From sequence record DRR723986_4144: a stretch of 24,885 nucleotides of DNA. The stretch is one strand, 5' to 3'. The notes beneath the pieces were generated by a model. That model was not told where the DNA came from. It ran no database searches and was given only the letters and a program-made list of their open reading frames with translations. Position numbers and translations under genes: made by a program. Below are positions 24,793 through 24,885 of the stretch, in pieces (positions within the stretch are counted from its first letter, which is position 1; every line of letters starts with the position of its first letter).

Positions 24793-24885
24793 GTTCTACT
24801 AGGTTTTTTTGTAAATATACAAAGTTTTTTCTTTTGGTGATTTTCTCTATTCAAAATTCAATTGAATGTTTATTAACACTAAAAT

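Noticed and set aside
1..24885. CRISPR array, tRNA/rRNA, IS element, integrase or prophage
   Set aside because: No regularly spaced repeats, RNA gene signatures, terminal inverted repeats or mobility genes were seen; all intergenic gaps are under 240 nt.

Overview
AT-rich, gene-dense window from a Bacteroidota chromosome, most likely Flavobacteriales. This is inferred from gldA, a DUF4837-like lipoprotein, a TAnnTTTG promoter element and A-rich start regions without Shine-Dalgarno motifs. It holds about 24 genes. Housekeeping-type genes are hutI, gldA, a Prc-like S41 protease, a 2-aminomuconate-semialdehyde-type aldehyde dehydrogenase, tatA-gatA-mltD-DUF4837, a lipoprotein MsrA and a GH3-family adenylating enzyme. 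They are interleaved with poorly characterised envelope or secreted proteins (LRR, CAP, SPOR-like, WG-repeat-like, orphan lipoproteins). I found no rRNA, tRNA, CRISPR array, integrase or transposase. The best leads are: (1) the 5'-truncated first gene is a trypsin-like protease fused to a zinc ribbon and a YbjN/chaperone-like domain; (2) a stand-alone 894-aa UPF1/DNA2-like SF1 helicase with a degenerate restriction-endonuclease-like C-terminus, a candidate defence gene; (3) a 37-aa single-TM small ORF absent from the ORF track, with its own terminator directly upstream of the GH3 gene; (4) a translationally coupled three-gene module whose lipoprotein consists of two diverged copies of an unknown domain. 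All family calls come from motif recognition by eye; no searches were run.
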